From Hypanus sabinus (Eukaryota), in contig NC_082728.1 in NCBI RefSeq assembly GCF_030144855.1, forward strand, positions 45,446,001 through 45,510,000: a stretch of 64,000 nucleotides of DNA, read 5' to 3'. Shown piece after piece: positions 62,601 to 64,000 of the stretch. The translations under genes were made by a program, and so were the position numbers. Positions within the stretch are counted from its first letter, which is position 1. Each line of letters starts with the position of its first letter. The notes under the pieces were generated by a model. That model searched no databases. It was not told the DNA's origin and saw only the letters and a list, made by a program, of their open reading frames with translations.

Positions 62601-64000
62601 AGATTATAGGCTCAGGGCATGGTGCAGCAAGTGTAAATTCTTTAAACCAAGCATCATTTACTGTGGTCACACCATTGACACACAAGGTTTTCACAAGTGT
62701 TCAGAGAAAGCTCAAGCGGTGGTAGATGCCCCTATGCTAAAGGATGTGTTGCAGTTGCGGTCCTTTTAGGATCTGTTACAATTACTATAATAGTTTACTG
62801 GCAAACCTGGCTACTGTGCTCCACCCCTTGAACTCATCACTGTAGATTAGGAAGAAATAGAAACTGACAAAGCAGTGTGTGGTGACTTTCAAAAAGACAA
62901 AGGAACTGGTGATGTCAAGCACTGTACTGATGCATTATGATCGACATCATCCAGTGAAGCTTCCCTTTGATGCCTTGACTTATGGTGTAGGTGCAGTCAT
63001 GTCACATGTTATGACTAATGGAAGTGAATGTCTCAAAGCCTTTGCATCATGTTCCTTTACCACTGCAGAGAAAAATTACACGGAGGTTGACAGAGAGGCC
63101 TTGAGTTTGGTTTTGGGTGTAAAATATTGTAACCAGTACTTGTATGGGAGACAGTTTACCCTCATTACTGATCTTCAACTACTGGTATCCATTTTCAATC
63201 CAGTGAGTGGTGCTTCACAGACAGCAGCAGCATGGCTCTGCCTCTTGTTCAACACAGTTTACAAGATTGAATTCAAGAGCACCACTAATAATGGATTTGT
63301 GGTCCTGATTACTCTTGGAAGAGGAAGTCACTGAAAAAAGTTACACAAGAGGACACTCATTTTGACGTATTCTACCTAATGCAAATCAAAAGTCTTCCTA
63401 TTGTGGCAAAGTAGTCTAAAGGGAAACCAGAAAAGACCCCACACCAACTCAGGTCTACACTGCAAACCAAAATTTGCTAGAATGTGTTGCAGAAATTTCA
63501 GTTCCCTCACTTTTACCAGTGCTGGGATGAACTTGGCCTTGATGGGGTTGCCTTATGTGAAGATTGAGAACTGTTGTACATTCCAAGCCAAGCTGAGATC
63601 TAAACTGTTGAAGGAGCTACATGCCAGTTACCCAAGCATGGCCAAAATGGAAGTACTAGCTCGAAGCTTTTCTGGTGGCCTGGGACTGATCAGTGGAAAA
63701 ATGCCAAGAGCTGCACCTCTCCATCCATCCCTAGGGATTGTCTGCATTGCACTAGCAGAGGATTCATGTGGATTTCTCTGGAGCATGTATGGCACACAAT
63801 TTCTTGGTGGTAGTGGGTGCAGCTACAAAGTGGCTGGCAGTGCTCCCAATAGCCTCAGTTGCAGTCTTGCACACTGTTGATGTGTGGAGAGGCCCCTTCT
63901 CAAGGACTGGCATTGCAAAGCACTTAGTTGGTGACAATGGACCACAGTTTGTAGTCATTCCTGAAAATGAATGGATAAGACATGTTACATCTGCACCCTA
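59630..64000 (+). mobile_element. Older, heavily decayed Mag-like Gypsy element running off the window
   Basis: PBS-like tggcaatgagg near 59728; gag (AYSLLRSLTAP..KP..AEHFQFHKR); protease tail GRDWLRQL; RT YLDV; RNase H DA..YGVGAV..EVDREAL; integrase DNGPQF at the window end. Confidence 0.9.
60820..61677 (+). mobile_element. Solo LTR (858 bp) nested in the protease region of the old Gypsy element
   Basis: tgtta...taaca termini and perfect 4-bp TSD aact (60816-60819, 61678-61681). The host reading (..VKLT|KMKL..SAVSV) resumes across it. Confidence 0.88.

Overview
Eukaryotic, repeat-rich vertebrate genomic DNA, most likely from a cartilaginous fish. That assignment is inferred from HE1/V-SINE-like and DeuSINE-like repeats plus abundant CR1, Rex1/Babar and Neptune-type Penelope-like elements (PLEs). 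Most ORFs in the track are transposon debris or chance frames. Main contents: (1) Three phase-0 exons on the minus strand (23929-23789, 22103-22038, 20806-20585). They splice into an ORF in which a unique acidic N-terminus is joined directly to sequence resembling the S2 coiled coil of sarcomeric myosin heavy chain, i.e. an apparently headless myosin-rod-like gene with a CpG-rich patch beside its third exon. (2) A set of PLE insertions carrying minimal hammerhead ribozyme (HHR) motifs and inverted fold-back ends, from a 2.8-kb RT/GIY-YIG copy to a 197-bp near-perfect palindrome. Two copies of one subfamily duplicated the same 13-14 bp of the same SINE family. (3) Two decayed Mag-clade Ty3/Gypsy elements and two solo LTRs, one with a perfect 33-bp x10 array. 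(4) Buster-type hAT, Chapaev3-like and Tc1-like DNA transposon remnants, and many LINE/SINE fragments. All family assignments come from recalled motifs, not database searches. Repeat boundaries without a stated target-site duplication (TSD) are approximate.
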